DNA of 46,300 nt from Zetaproteobacteria bacterium (GTDB lineage: Bacteria > Bdellovibrionota_B > Oligoflexia > Oligoflexales > Bog-1112). Every line of letters starts with the position of its first letter. Within the stretch, counting starts at the first letter, position 1. This document shows positions 1 through 12,213 of the stretch, piece after piece. The translations under genes and the position numbers were made by a program. A model generated the notes under the pieces. It did not search any database, had not been told where the DNA came from, and was given only the letters and a program-made list of their open reading frames with translations. The stretch spans positions 1 through 46,300 of the forward strand of contig JAPPOJ010000070.1 of NCBI GenBank assembly GCA_028817975.1, given 5' to 3'.

Positions 1-1055
1 TCGGCATACGGGCCCATGAGGATACCATTCAATTTGCTGCGGCAGATAAAGTCTTAACAATCTACAGCAGCTGCTATGGAAAAGTTACTTGTCAAGGTGA
101 GGCTTACCTACCCCCCAAATTGTTGGTGGATATTATCAAAGAGCTTCCTCCTGGAAAAGTAGAGCTGTCTTCCGAACAAGGGTGGCTAAAAATCACAGCA
201 GGCACGCACAGACAATGTGAAATGAAATTACCCTTCGTAGACGAGCAGTCTTGGCCACAGAAACCTGCACGAGACCATTTTGCTGCGCTCCCTCCTTTGG
301 ATGCAGCCACCCTAAGCTACCTTGTTGAGCAGGTCATGATATGCGTAAATCACGAGTCGAGTGTTCGGTACAGCACCGTCGCTTTTATACACAGCCCAGC
401 TCCGGGGCTCTTACGAATGGTTGGTACGGATGGTTTTCGACTTTCTTACGCAGAGACTGCGCTAGACGTGTCTGATTCCTCAATCACGCAGGGGCTATGC
501 TTGAGCAAGCGTAGCTTGCTCGAAATTTTAAGGGTATGTGCAGAAGGTTTCGAAACAATTGCACTTGGTGTTTCTACGGATGGCCACACCATCCGTATGG
601 AAGTGCAGGGGTGTGAAGTGTATATCCGTGTTTCGACGGTTTCTTTCCCGAGCTATCAAACGGCCATCCCTGAAGCTCAACCAAACAAAGTGACATTACC
701 CAAAGCAGAATTGCAAAGCATGGTGAAACGTGTCCTACTCACCTCCAACCGCCATCGTACTGTGATGCTCCAGTTTGCTCCCCAAGAACTGCAGATCAGC
801 GCGACGAATGCGGGTAACTCTGAAGGCAAAGAAACTTTGGCCCTTGCAGAGCAGCAGCTAGAGAGCACTCAAGTCTCATTCAAAGGAAAGTATTTGCTTG
901 ACATTTGCTCAGTGTCTGTTAACTCACATGAGCTGAGTATGGAATATTTAAATGGCTCTGCTCCTGTCATTCTAAGGCCCTGCAATGGCCCTAACAACAG
1001 TAGTGCAATTCATGTGTTGGTGCCAATGCACGAGCAAGGGCAGTCTAAAGAGTGA
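1..1055 (+). CDS. dnaN: DNA polymerase III beta sliding clamp, 5'-truncated by the window edge
   Basis: The frame starting at nt 3 is open with no stop before the listed TTG at 120, so the gene enters from upstream. Clamp-like motifs: GTDGFRLS, FPSYQTAIPE, FKGKYLLDI, C-terminal VLVPMHE. Position directly upstream of gyrB. Confidence 0.9.
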   Translation, partial: GIRAHEDTIQFAAADKVLTIYSSCYGKVTCQGEAYLPPKLLVDIIKELPPGKVELSSEQGWLKITAGTHRQCEMKLPFVDEQSWPQKPARDHFAALPPLDAATLSYLVEQVMICVNHESSVRYSTVAFIHSPAPGLLRMVGTDGFRLSYAETALDVSDSSITQGLCLSKRSLLEILRVCAEGFETIALGVSTDGHTIRMEVQGCEVYIRVSTVSFPSYQTAIPEAQPNKVTLPKAELQSMVKRVLLTSNRHRTVMLQFAPQELQISATNAGNSEGKETLALAEQQLESTQVSFKGKYLLDICSVSVNSHELSMEYLNGSAPVILRPCNGPNNSSAIHVLVPMHEQGQSKE

Positions 1056-1170
1056 CATAAGGGATTTTCGAGCCTGTATAACAGGATAAAAACAATCAAA
1101 TTTTAAGTCTTTTGTAGATTTTATGGAACTTTGAGAGGAGCTTGCCCTAAAAGGAAACAGTAGCTTTAAG

Positions 1171-3742
<2,572 letters not shown>

Positions 3743-3767
3743 GCCCCCAAGTTTTAACAGCAATGAT

Positions 3768-3789
3768 GGACCTTTTTGGTGAAAGGTCC
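3768..3789 (+). promoter_or_regulatory. Perfect 8-bp stem hairpin (GGACCTTT-ttggtg-AAAGGTCC) in the gyrB-gyrA spacer
   Basis: Read directly. There is no U-tract after it, so it is not a classical intrinsic terminator. It could be a processing, stability or attenuation element. Confidence 0.35.
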
Positions 3790-3808
3790 CTGAGTTTAGG
3801 ATTCGTAC

Positions 3809-6274
3809 ATGAGTGAGCTTTCAGGTTCCGTATTAAATATCTCCATTGAAAATGAAATGAAGACATCATTTCTTGACTATTCAATGAGTGTGATCGTTTC
3901 TCGAGCGTTACCCGATGTTCGTGACGGGCTAAAGCCCGTGCATCGCCGTATTTTGTACGCAATGCACGGATTGAAAAACTACCACAACAAACCTTATCTG
4001 AAGTCTGCGCGTATTGTGGGTGATGTGATCGGTAAGTATCATCCCCATGGAGATAGTGCGGTATATGATGCTTTGGTGCGTATGGCACAGGACTTTTCCT
4101 TACGCTACACGATGGTTGATGGGCAAGGAAACTTTGGTTCATTGGATGGTGATGCTGCGGCAGCCATGCGTTACACAGAGTCGAGAATGGAAGCTTTTAG
4201 TGAAGCTTTGTTGGAAGACCTTGAAAAAGATACGGTGGACTTTGTTCCTAACTATGACAATAAGGACGAGGAACCGAGTGTACTTCCTGCGCGCATCCCG
4301 CAGCTTATGGTTAATGGAGCCAGTGGTATTGCGGTAGGAATGGCAACGAATATTCCCCCACATAACTTGGCGGAGGTTGCATATGCGTTAAAGGCATTGA
4401 TTGCTGACCCGAGCATAGACGTCGCTGGGCTGATGCAACATGTCAAGGGCCCGGATTTTCCTACTCGTGCGGAAATACATGGTCGTAAGGGAATTCAAGA
4501 AGCTTACGAAACAGGGCGTGGCTCGGTTGTGATGAGGGCTTGTGCGGAAGTGGAGCCCATGCCCAAAAACTCGGGGCGAGAACGGATTGTCATTACGGAG
4601 ATCCCTTACCAAGTTAACAAGGCTCGGCTAATTGAAAAAATAGCGGATCTTGTGAGAAGTAAACGTATCGAAGGTATCTCTGATCTGCGTGATGAGTCGG
4701 CGAAAGAAGATATCCGTATTGTGATTGATTTGAAAACAGGTGAAGCCGGTCAAATTCTGCTCAACCAACTTTACAAGCTAACGCCGCTGCAAACCAGTTT
4801 TGGTGTGAATATGGTTGCTTTGGTGGATGGGCGCCCACGCTTGTTGAATCTCAAGGAGGTTCTACAAGAGTTTTACTACCATCGGCGTAACGTCATCTTG
4901 CGTCGTACAGCTTACTTACTACGTAAAGCTCAGGAACGGGCACATATTTTGGCTGGACTCAAAGCTGCGGTGGAAGAAGCGGACCGTGTCATTGAGCTGA
5001 TTCGAGCTGCGCCAAGTACCGCGGAAGCCAGTGAGGTGTTACAACAGGAATTTGCTTTGAGTGCCATTCAAGTCAAGGCTATCTTGGACATGCGTTTGGC
5101 TCGCTTAACGGGCATGGAACGTGAAAAGATTGTCGAGGAATATCAACAAGTTTCAGAGCAAATCATCGACTACAAGGACATCTTGGCTAAACCTGATCGT
5201 GTCACTAAGATTCTGTTGACCGAACTAGATGAGGTCGTCGACAAGTTTGGCGATGAGCGTCGTACTAAGATTCTTGCTTCAGATGCGGAAAGCTTTTCTA
5301 TGGAAAGCCTGGTTGCAGATGAAGAAGTAAGTGTCACGGTTACGCGAGCTGGATATGTGAAAAGAACCCCTCTTGATCAAATCTCGGCTCAAAAGCGTGG
5401 TGGAAAGGGTAAAGCGGGAGTCCTTATGAAAGAGGAAGATCTCGTGATGGACATCTTCACCACGTCGAACCATCAGGCGCTGCTTTGCTTCACCAACTTA
5501 GGCAAGGTTTTTACCTTGCGTGTTTATGAAGTACCTGAAGCGGGCTTGCGTACTCGCGGCAAACACTTCGCGAATATGTTGAAATTAGAAAGTGGTGAAA
5601 AAGTCGTTTCGGTGCTTTCGGTCGGAAACACAGAGACTAAAGGATATGTGTTCTCTGTTACAAAGGCTGGTTATATTAAGAAAACAGACTTAGAGGCTTA
5701 TTGTAAAGTGAGGGCTACGGGGATTATTGGCCTTAAGCTTGATTCAGGAGATGAGCTTGTTTGTTGTAAAGTAGCGCGTGAGCAAGGGGATGATGTGCTT
5801 TTGGCGACTGCTCAAGGAAAAGTGATTCGCTTTGCGGCGGAGGATGTGCGTCACATGGGGCGCGCAGCTCGTGGGGTCACGGGTATCCGCTTTGATGAAG
5901 AAGACTCGGTCATAGGCATGGAAGTGGTGCCTAGTGAACAAAGCACAAAAGAAGAAGCAACTCTATTGTCTGTTTGTGAAAATGGCTTTGGCAAGCGTAC
6001 TCCTTTGAGTGAATACCGTCGCCAAACTCGCGGTGGTAAAGGAGTGTACACCATCAAAGTGAGCCAGCGCAATGGGGCTGTGGTTGCGATTTTATTAGTC
6101 AAAGGCCGAGATGATATCGTTGCGGCTACTTCCGCTGGCAAGATCACACGCTTCCATGCAGAGGATATTCGAGTGATTGGTCGACATACTCAGGGTGTGC
6201 GGTTGATGAGTATTCAACCTGGAGAGAGCGTGATCGGCATGAACCGTGTACTCAATAGCGAAGAAGAAAAGTGA
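3809..6274 (+). CDS. gyrA: DNA gyrase subunit A
   Basis: Motifs [18 protein letters not shown]-type segment [34 protein letters not shown] (catalytic Tyr region), GyrA-box-like [10 protein letters not shown], repeated beta-pinwheel C-terminal domain. Confidence 0.97.
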   Translation: MSELSGSVLNISIENEMKTSFLDYSMSVIVSRALPDVRDGLKPVHRRILYAMHGLKNYHNKPYLKSARIVGDVIGKYHPHGDSAVYDALVRMAQDFSLRYTMVDGQGNFGSLDGDAAAAMRYTESRMEAFSEALLEDLEKDTVDFVPNYDNKDEEPSVLPARIPQLMVNGASGIAVGMATNIPPHNLAEVAYALKALIADPSIDVAGLMQHVKGPDFPTRAEIHGRKGIQEAYETGRGSVVMRACAEVEPMPKNSGRERIVITEIPYQVNKARLIEKIADLVRSKRIEGISDLRDESAKEDIRIVIDLKTGEAGQILLNQLYKLTPLQTSFGVNMVALVDGRPRLLNLKEVLQEFYYHRRNVILRRTAYLLRKAQERAHILAGLKAAVEEADRVIELIRAAPSTAEASEVLQQEFALSAIQVKAILDMRLARLTGMEREKIVEEYQQVSEQIIDYKDILAKPDRVTKILLTELDEVVDKFGDERRTKILASDAESFSMESLVADEEVSVTVTRAGYVKRTPLDQISAQKRGGKGKAGVLMKEEDLVMDIFTTSNHQALLCFTNLGKVFTLRVYEVPEAGLRTRGKHFANMLKLESGEKVVSVLSVGNTETKGYVFSVTKAGYIKKTDLEAYCKVRATGIIGLKLDSGDELVCCKVAREQGDDVLLATAQGKVIRFAAEDVRHMGRAARGVTGIRFDEEDSVIGMEVVPSEQSTKEEATLLSVCENGFGKRTPLSEYRRQTRGGKGVYTIKVSQRNGAVVAILLVKGRDDIVAATSAGKITRFHAEDIRVIGRHTQGVRLMSIQPGESVIGMNRVLNSEEEK

Positions 6275-7370
6275 GGGATTGGTGACTGCATGCCGGCAAA
6301 GTCCCCAACAGCAGCTTGAGCGTTATCTGAAGCCTTGGCGTCAGGCTGGGCGTTGGACACATGACTATGCTGGGTGTGGCTCCTTCCGACAAGGCCTTGT
6401 TTACGAGACCAGCCATGGTGGCCAGTCTACTTGGTTTGACTTAGCGAGTTTGTCGAAGGCGATTGTCACGGCCCCGTTAATTCATACTATACAAAGTGAG
6501 GCAGAGCCTATACTCCCCGCAGAACTGCAGTTTCTGGACTTGACGAGACCAGGGCTGTTGCGCTTAATCAGCCACCGCTCAGGTTTTCGCGACTGGGTCG
6601 CGCTGTGGATACAAGATGCAACAGAAGCCTTCGAGCCGATGTGGGGGCTTTGTAAAACGAGGTTGCCGCAGTTCTTGCAACTATGTCGACAGCGTGGATA
6701 TTTGCCTTCTGTTGATCAAGTAGGCCCGGTATATAGTGATCTCGGCTATTTGGCTGCAGGCTTCTATTTGGAGTACCGGTATGATCGAAGTTTATGGGAG
6801 CTTTTTCAGAGTTTTGCGAGGAAAGAAAAGCTTTGCATAGAAGGGTTAAGGCCACACTTTGTGGTGCAAGCACCGCTTTGTGCACCCACGGGATTTTGTG
6901 CGCTGAGGAAAAGAGTGCTTTGTGGTGAAATACATGATGAAAATGCCTCCTTTATCGGTGGGTTGCCAGGGCACACAGGAATGTTTGGGACAGGCCGCGG
7001 GTTGGTGGCTTGGCTCGAAAGCTTTTATCGTAGCCCTGCTGGGCGCGCCTTCTTTGCTTCTAATCAGGTGTTGATGAAAGATCCTTTGGATGAGCCGGAT
7101 ACAGGTCTCTACCAACTTTGTGGCTTGGATCAAGCTGGACCTGCGTCTACGGGAGCCTTTTTTGGCCAGGGGAAAGCACTGGGGCACGTTGGGTTTACCG
7201 GCGGGGCTTTTTGGGTTGACATGCAAAGGCATAAATATGCGGTTTTTTTAACAAATCGTACTTTTTCTGGGCGGCGAGGGCATTGGTTTCATGAGGTGCG
7301 TCGGCGGGTCTTTGATCTATTGGGTCAAATCTGCGGCTGTAGCTCTGTTGACAAAACGGGTTCTGCATGA
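6246..7370 (+). CDS. Beta-lactamase-fold serine hydrolase (class C / AmpH / D-aminopeptidase-like). No signal peptide. Start uncertain: GTG 6246, or TTG 6279 / GTG 6282 just after the gyrA stop.
   Basis: SxxK motif in [11 protein letters not shown], YxN-like YSDLGY, third-box [13 protein letters not shown] followed by FLTNR. The N-terminus is hydrophilic with no hydrophobic leader. Confidence 0.8.
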   Translation: MYSIAKKKSEGLVTACRQSPQQQLERYLKPWRQAGRWTHDYAGCGSFRQGLVYETSHGGQSTWFDLASLSKAIVTAPLIHTIQSEAEPILPAELQFLDLTRPGLLRLISHRSGFRDWVALWIQDATEAFEPMWGLCKTRLPQFLQLCRQRGYLPSVDQVGPVYSDLGYLAAGFYLEYRYDRSLWELFQSFARKEKLCIEGLRPHFVVQAPLCAPTGFCALRKRVLCGEIHDENASFIGGLPGHTGMFGTGRGLVAWLESFYRSPAGRAFFASNQVLMKDPLDEPDTGLYQLCGLDQAGPASTGAFFGQGKALGHVGFTGGAFWVDMQRHKYAVFLTNRTFSGRRGHWFHEVRRRVFDLLGQICGCSSVDKTGSA

Positions 7371-8455
7371 ATCAAATGCAAGGGTGTCGTGAAGCGGTGG
7401 TGTTGGGCCGTGGCATTTTCGGCCTTTCGGTCGCATATGCTTTGCTGGGCTTAGGTTGCCGTGTACTGGTGCTTGGTAAGAACGAACCGGCGAAGTCTGC
7501 TAGCCGTGCAGCAGTGGGCGTTTCCTGCCAAAAAGGCTTGAAATTTGCACGTAGTCAGGCTTTTCAGCGCAAACTGGTAGGGCAGCAAGCGACACACTCC
7601 CTGGCCCAGGAGCTTGGGGTTGAGTTGTATAGCCCTCTTTGGGAACCCTATGATTCGGTGGTAGACTTTGCGGCTCGGTGTCGGCGTGCCTATCAAAGTG
7701 CGCCGAAGGGTCTATATGCTGTACATGCAGCCCCACAGTTTCCGGCATTTCCTTTTCGCGCGGCTCCACCCCCGATGGGCGCTCTGTGTTACCAAGACGA
7801 CTACAGCTATGACCCGATCAGCTTTTTGACACGGCTCGAACAGGCTATTTTGCAGCGTGGAGGAAAGATTGTCTCCGTAGAAGCAGCGTTGGTGCCTCAA
7901 CAAGAAGGGGTACAAGTTGTAGCTGAAGGCTTTAAGAGTAGCTCTGAAGCAGCTGTTGTGTTGGCAACAGGCGCTCAAACGCCGAAGCTGTTGCAAACGG
8001 TAGTCCCTAAGTTGCCCAAAACCCAATTTTCTTGGGGGGGAACATTCTGCTTACCACGTGTTGTAACCGAGGAGCCTCCTTTTGCGTGGAGAAGTAAGCA
8101 GGTCTCTTGCAATGTTCTAAGCCATGAGGTCCGTTTTGGCTCTTATAGCCTTGCGAACAACCAGCCTTATTTGGCTACAGCAATGTATGAGGGTCTGTGT
8201 AATCTGTGGCAAAATCATCTTTCTCTCAGCTTTGAAAAGGCTCTGTTAGTTTCTGGCTGTCGCTTAGCCTTTAGAACTCGCTATCCCTTGTGTGACCAAG
8301 TCCCCGGACAGAAAAATCTGTGGGTATTTGCTGGTGCATATAAGAGTGGATATGATTTAGGACCTCTTTTAGGGCGGTCCCTGGCGTTGGAAATTTTTTC
8401 CGCGCACAAGCCGCAGAGTTTGCGTCCATTTGCTTGGGGTGAGCAGATGAGTTAA
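7367..8455 (+). CDS. FAD-dependent oxidoreductase, DAO (glycine/D-amino-acid oxidase-like) family
   Basis: N-terminal Rossmann dinucleotide motif VVLGRGIFGLSVAYALLGLGCRVLVLGK, and a length typical of the DAO family. The ATGA start/stop overlap with the upstream hydrolase (7367-7370) implies translational coupling. Confidence 0.7.
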   Translation: MNQMQGCREAVVLGRGIFGLSVAYALLGLGCRVLVLGKNEPAKSASRAAVGVSCQKGLKFARSQAFQRKLVGQQATHSLAQELGVELYSPLWEPYDSVVDFAARCRRAYQSAPKGLYAVHAAPQFPAFPFRAAPPPMGALCYQDDYSYDPISFLTRLEQAILQRGGKIVSVEAALVPQQEGVQVVAEGFKSSSEAAVVLATGAQTPKLLQTVVPKLPKTQFSWGGTFCLPRVVTEEPPFAWRSKQVSCNVLSHEVRFGSYSLANNQPYLATAMYEGLCNLWQNHLSLSFEKALLVSGCRLAFRTRYPLCDQVPGQKNLWVFAGAYKSGYDLGPLLGRSLALEIFSAHKPQSLRPFAWGEQMS

Positions 8456-8576
8456 TCCCATTTACGCTTGACCTCTAGGCATGCTCCGGCACTTACTTCT
8501 CTAATGTGACACCATAAGTTGCCCTTAGAATGAAAGCAAAGGCTGTTGTATATCTCTATCAGGTGGAGTTAGGTTA

Positions 8577-9677
8577 TTGAAAAATGTGATTGCACTTAGA
8601 CTACTGCTGAGCATGTTATCTCTACTTGCTCTAGGCATGCTTGCCCTCTATGCTGCTTCGGCTCTAAAAGGCTCGCAGGAGTTTGAAGACCCGGCTTACT
8701 ATTTATGGAAACAAAGTGGGGCTGTAGGTCTTGGTCTGGTTTGTATAGGGCTGTTGTGGGCTGTGCCTCAAGACTGGCTTCGAGCAGCGCCCTTGCCGCT
8801 TTATCTGTTTTCGCTATTGTGCCTTGTGTTGGTACAGGTTCCTGGGCTGGGGCATAGTGCGGGGGGTGCTCAGCGCTGGCTTCAAATCGGCATGTTGACC
8901 TGGCAACCAAGTGAGTTGGCAAAGCTCGCGGTGGTGCTGTTGTTAGCCAAAAATTTTTCTTTGAAAAGGTATGATCCTCAAAAAGCTTCATCTTTGCTGT
9001 CTACGGCAGTGATTGTATTGCCCGTTATAGGGCTGGTGCTTTGTCAGCCTGACTTTGGGACTTCGGTCTTGATTGCTTCGGTGAGTTTTCTTTTGTTATT
9101 GCTTTCTGGAGTTTCTCGTAACACTCTTCTGGGAATCGCAATGCCTGTTGTGGGTAGTGCGCTATATGCGGTGTTTTCTGCACCTTATCGTCTGAAGCGG
9201 CTGCTTAGTTTTCTCGACCCATGGGGAAACTTTCGGCAGGGTGGGTTTCAGGTTGTACAATCCTTTGTGGGTTTTCATAATGGTGGAGTTGCAGGTGTTG
9301 GCTTGGGGGAGTCGAAGCAAAAACTATATTACTTACCAGAGGTGCACACCGACTTTATTATGGCTTTGGTGGCGGAAGAGTTTGGACTTGTGGGGTCTGC
9401 GTTTGTTTGTGGAGTCTACGCTTATATTGTGTTTTTAGGATTTGAAGTAGGGCATCGTCATCCACAGCCTTTTTTCAAATATCTTTCGTATGGACTGACG
9501 AGCTTGCTTGGAATGCAGACCCTCTGTAACCTTGGGGTCGTGATGGGGTTGCTTCCCACAAAAGGATTGGCCTTGCCTTTTATGAGCAGTGGGCTAAGCT
9601 CGCTGCTGGCTTATATCTTTTTGCTTGGCTTGCTGGCGAGGGTGTCTAAAGTTGATTCTCAAGGCCTCCCATGCTAG
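8577..9677 (+). CDS. ftsW: SEDS-family peptidoglycan glycosyltransferase / cell division protein FtsW
   Basis: Motifs QPSELAKL, QPDFGTS, TDFIMALVAEEFGL, LPTKGLALPFMSSGLSS. Polytopic membrane protein. GGTGGAG Shine-Dalgarno upstream of the TTG start. Confidence 0.9.
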   Translation: MKNVIALRLLLSMLSLLALGMLALYAASALKGSQEFEDPAYYLWKQSGAVGLGLVCIGLLWAVPQDWLRAAPLPLYLFSLLCLVLVQVPGLGHSAGGAQRWLQIGMLTWQPSELAKLAVVLLLAKNFSLKRYDPQKASSLLSTAVIVLPVIGLVLCQPDFGTSVLIASVSFLLLLLSGVSRNTLLGIAMPVVGSALYAVFSAPYRLKRLLSFLDPWGNFRQGGFQVVQSFVGFHNGGVAGVGLGESKQKLYYLPEVHTDFIMALVAEEFGLVGSAFVCGVYAYIVFLGFEVGHRHPQPFFKYLSYGLTSLLGMQTLCNLGVVMGLLPTKGLALPFMSSGLSSLLAYIFLLGLLARVSKVDSQGLPC

Positions 9678-9744
9678 AGTGCCCTTTTTTGTGCAGCGCA
9701 AGCAAGTTGAGCGCGCGAGTGCGACATAAAAATAGGGTAGACAT

Positions 9745-11142
9745 ATGCATCTTGGTAAAGGGGCGCGCTTACATTTCTTGGGAATAGGTGGGAGTGGTAT
9801 GCTTCCTCTGGCCCAAGCTGCGCTTGAGTTTGGTTTTGCGGTTTCGGGTACAGATCTGTCCTTGGGCCCCCGCTTAGATGACCTACGGGCGAGTGGAGCA
9901 CAGGTTGTGGAAGAGGCCTTCGGTGCTGATTTGCTATGTACAGCGACTCATGTCATTTGCTCGTCGGCGATAGCTCGTTCGCACGTGTTGCTGCAGTTAG
10001 CACTGCAGCAAGGCAAAGCACTATTACACCGTTCAGACTTGCTTAACTTTTTTTGTCAACAAAAAAAAACGATCGCGGTAGCTGGAACACATGGAAAATC
10101 TTCAACCGCGGCCATGGTGACGTATGCTTTACATCAAACAGGCCGCTTTCCGAGCTATATTTTGGGCGCCCCCCTTCAAGGAGGTTTAGGGGCAGCTGCT
10201 TGGGATACACGGGGAGAGTGGTTGGTCATTGAAGCAGATGAATCGGATCGGACCCATGAGAAATATCACCCGGAACTCGCCTTAGTGACTTCAGTTGATT
10301 TTGACCACTTGGACTGCTATGGCTCTGGCCAAGAAATCGTCCGTTCTTTTGTACAATTTCTTTCGCAAGCAACACGAAGTGCGGTGGTGCACCCTCAAGG
10401 AGAGCTTGGGCAGTGTGTTCCACAAGAATGGAAGATGCTGACGCGCCACAAGCCATCTTTAAAGACCTATGGCACCGCAGAAGGTTTAATGAATCGGGTC
10501 GGCTCGCTCTCTTTCCAAAATGGGGGAGGAAGTGGCACTTATCAGTTGGAGGGAGGAGCAACCCAAAATGTGGAACTTCCTCAACTTGGCCAGCATAGCT
10601 TTTTAAATGCATTAGGTGCGGGCTTAGTTTGCCAAGAGGCCGGGTTAAGCTGGTCACAATACCTGCAGTGCATGCGAACTTTTCCTGGAGTTTACAGACG
10701 CTTACAGGTTGCTGCGTACCAACAAACATGGGTTTGGGTGGATGACTATGCGCACAACCCCGGCAAGATTCAGGCTGCTGTGCAAGCTGTGCGTCAGGCG
10801 TGGCCAAGTTCAAGGCTAAGCGTGATTTTTGAGCCACATCGTTATTCTCGCTTGCAGACGATGGCGGAAGCCTTTTTTCAAGCTTTTCGTCCAGCCAATG
10901 ATGTTTATGTGACAGAGGTGTACGCTGCAGGTGAACAGGACGAAGAGGGAGTTTGGACAGCTGCGGCCATTGCAAGCCAAATTGGCCAGTATTCGGGGGT
11001 GTCTTCCCAGGCTTTCTCTGCGGCGGTGGTGATAGACCAGGTGCGTGCGGTGGATCAGCACTGTGTACTGTTGACCTTGGGGGCGGGAGGTGTCCGAGAG
11101 CTTGGAGCTCGTTTGATTGAGCAACTATCTTGCCAGGAGTGA
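9745..11142 (+). CDS. murC: UDP-N-acetylmuramate--L-alanine ligase
   Basis: Motifs HFLGIGGSGM, AGTHGKSSTAAM, EADESDR, DDYAHNP. Confidence 0.95.
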   Translation: MHLGKGARLHFLGIGGSGMLPLAQAALEFGFAVSGTDLSLGPRLDDLRASGAQVVEEAFGADLLCTATHVICSSAIARSHVLLQLALQQGKALLHRSDLLNFFCQQKKTIAVAGTHGKSSTAAMVTYALHQTGRFPSYILGAPLQGGLGAAAWDTRGEWLVIEADESDRTHEKYHPELALVTSVDFDHLDCYGSGQEIVRSFVQFLSQATRSAVVHPQGELGQCVPQEWKMLTRHKPSLKTYGTAEGLMNRVGSLSFQNGGGSGTYQLEGGATQNVELPQLGQHSFLNALGAGLVCQEAGLSWSQYLQCMRTFPGVYRRLQVAAYQQTWVWVDDYAHNPGKIQAAVQAVRQAWPSSRLSVIFEPHRYSRLQTMAEAFFQAFRPANDVYVTEVYAAGEQDEEGVWTAAAIASQIGQYSGVSSQAFSAAVVIDQVRAVDQHCVLLTLGAGGVRELGARLIEQLSCQE

Positions 11143-11265
11143 AAAAAGTGCATCCTCACTTGTCGGGTTACTTCCGGTGGCTGTGAAAAAGAACTACATT
11201 TTTCGACTCTTGCTGTATCGAATCATTTTGCCTAATGCAACCCCTACTAGCTCCCCGCCATAATA

Positions 11266-11287
11266 CAACAAGACAAAGCTCTTGTTG
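11266..11287 (+). promoter_or_regulatory. Perfect 8-bp stem hairpin (CAACAAGA-caaagc-TCTTGTTG) in the murC-ftsQ spacer
   Basis: Read directly. No U-tract follows. Function unknown. Confidence 0.3.
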
Positions 11288-11344
11288 ATGCAACAGAACC
11301 AAAGAAGAGCTTCTCCTAGAGCCTCAGTTTGAGGAGGACTGCCG

Positions 11345-12193
11345 GTGAAAGGGTTTTGCCGAGACAAGCCGCCACGGCCGCAATGCTCAAGAAGTGTTCT
11401 GGCGCAGCAGAAAATTATCTCTAAAAGGCGGTGCTTTGGTAACTTGTGGATGAAGCCCATTATTCGTGTTTTGCCATTGCTGCTATTGGGGCTCTGGGCG
11501 GGGTGGAGCTATAAGTCCTGGTCATGGTTTTGGCTGCAGCCAGTAGAGGGTGAAGAGTGGCAGGTTGAAGTGGTTGGTGCCGCTCATGGAAAGGATAAGC
11601 ATAAGCTGCAGGCATCTCTCACGGAGTACTTTAATCAAGAAGGCTTCTCGCTTTTTTTGCGAGCAGATTGGCATCAGCACCTACAGCAAGGCTTTTTAGC
11701 AGAGTCGGATTTGGCCTACTTTGAAGTGATGCGTACAGGCTTAACCCGTGTAGCGGTTCGTGGGGTAGCGCATATCCCCTTAATGCAGGTAGACATGCAA
11801 GGGTGGAGATATGTTTCATCAAAGGGAGTGATTTATGGCAAAGTTTCTGGAAGTGAGTCTTTGCCCCGGTTGCGCGGCCTTTTTGATGTGCCGAGTAGGC
11901 AGGCAAATGTAATAAATGCCGTGGAGAAGACGCGTTTGCGTCAAAGTCTTAAGCTTTATCGTCTATGCCAGCACCATAAATTATCTATTTCTGATATTGG
12001 CTATCAGCGTTATCGGGGGTTTTCCCTCAAGCTTGCGGGCCACAGAACAGAAGTTTTGCTTGGTTTTGAAAGCCTAGAGCGTAAGTTGGAACGCCTTTTG
12101 AGGCTGTTGGAGGAGCGTGCTCCGCACGAGCCTTATCCGGAAAGAATAGAGCTAGATTATCTAGACAAGGCCTATATCATTGAGTCAACCTAG
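11345..12193 (+). CDS. ftsQ: Cell division protein FtsQ/DivIB-like: short basic cytoplasmic tail, one TM segment, POTRA-type periplasmic region
   Basis: Strong GAGGAGG Shine-Dalgarno 7 nt upstream of the GTG at 11345. TM segment IIRVLPLLLLGLWAGW. Bitopic architecture and position between murC and ftsA. Sequence similarity itself is weak by eye. Confidence 0.7.
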   Translation: MKGFCRDKPPRPQCSRSVLAQQKIISKRRCFGNLWMKPIIRVLPLLLLGLWAGWSYKSWSWFWLQPVEGEEWQVEVVGAAHGKDKHKLQASLTEYFNQEGFSLFLRADWHQHLQQGFLAESDLAYFEVMRTGLTRVAVRGVAHIPLMQVDMQGWRYVSSKGVIYGKVSGSESLPRLRGLFDVPSRQANVINAVEKTRLRQSLKLYRLCQHHKLSISDIGYQRYRGFSLKLAGHRTEVLLGFESLERKLERLLRLLEERAPHEPYPERIELDYLDKAYIIEST

Positions 12194-12213
12194 TTAGCAG
12201 AACAGAAGCTTTT

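Noticed and set aside
7367-8455. Idea that the FAD protein next to ftsW/murC replaces the missing MurB
   Set aside because: MurB uses a PCMH-type FAD-binding fold. This protein has an N-terminal GxGxxG Rossmann motif of the DAO family, so it is not a MurB analogue by fold.
10055-10072. A9 homopolymer inside murC (and an A9 run at the ftsA start, 12217-12225) as possible phase-variation tracts
   Set aside because: Both encode in-frame Lys runs in essential genes. I saw no evidence of frameshifting, so they are most likely just Lys codons.
10226-10975. 249-aa minus-strand ORF antisense to murC
   Set aside because: It lies inside murC, has no recognisable motifs and an atypical composition (many Pro, His, Leu, Ser). 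It is a spurious long antisense frame.
11276-11287. Shared 12-mer AAGCTCTTGTTG in two dcw spacers (11276 and 27170), and a CAACAAG/CTTGTTG stem also at 21136-21166, as a possible REP-like family
   Set aside because: By rough estimate, dozens of chance 12-mer coincidences are expected in a 46-kb window. The contexts differ and there are too few copies to call a repeat family.
11194-11460. 88-aa minus-strand ORF in the murC-ftsQ spacer
   Set aside because: It overlaps the well-supported ftsQ start (GAGGAGG Shine-Dalgarno). Its composition is not protein-like and I saw no ribosome-binding site.
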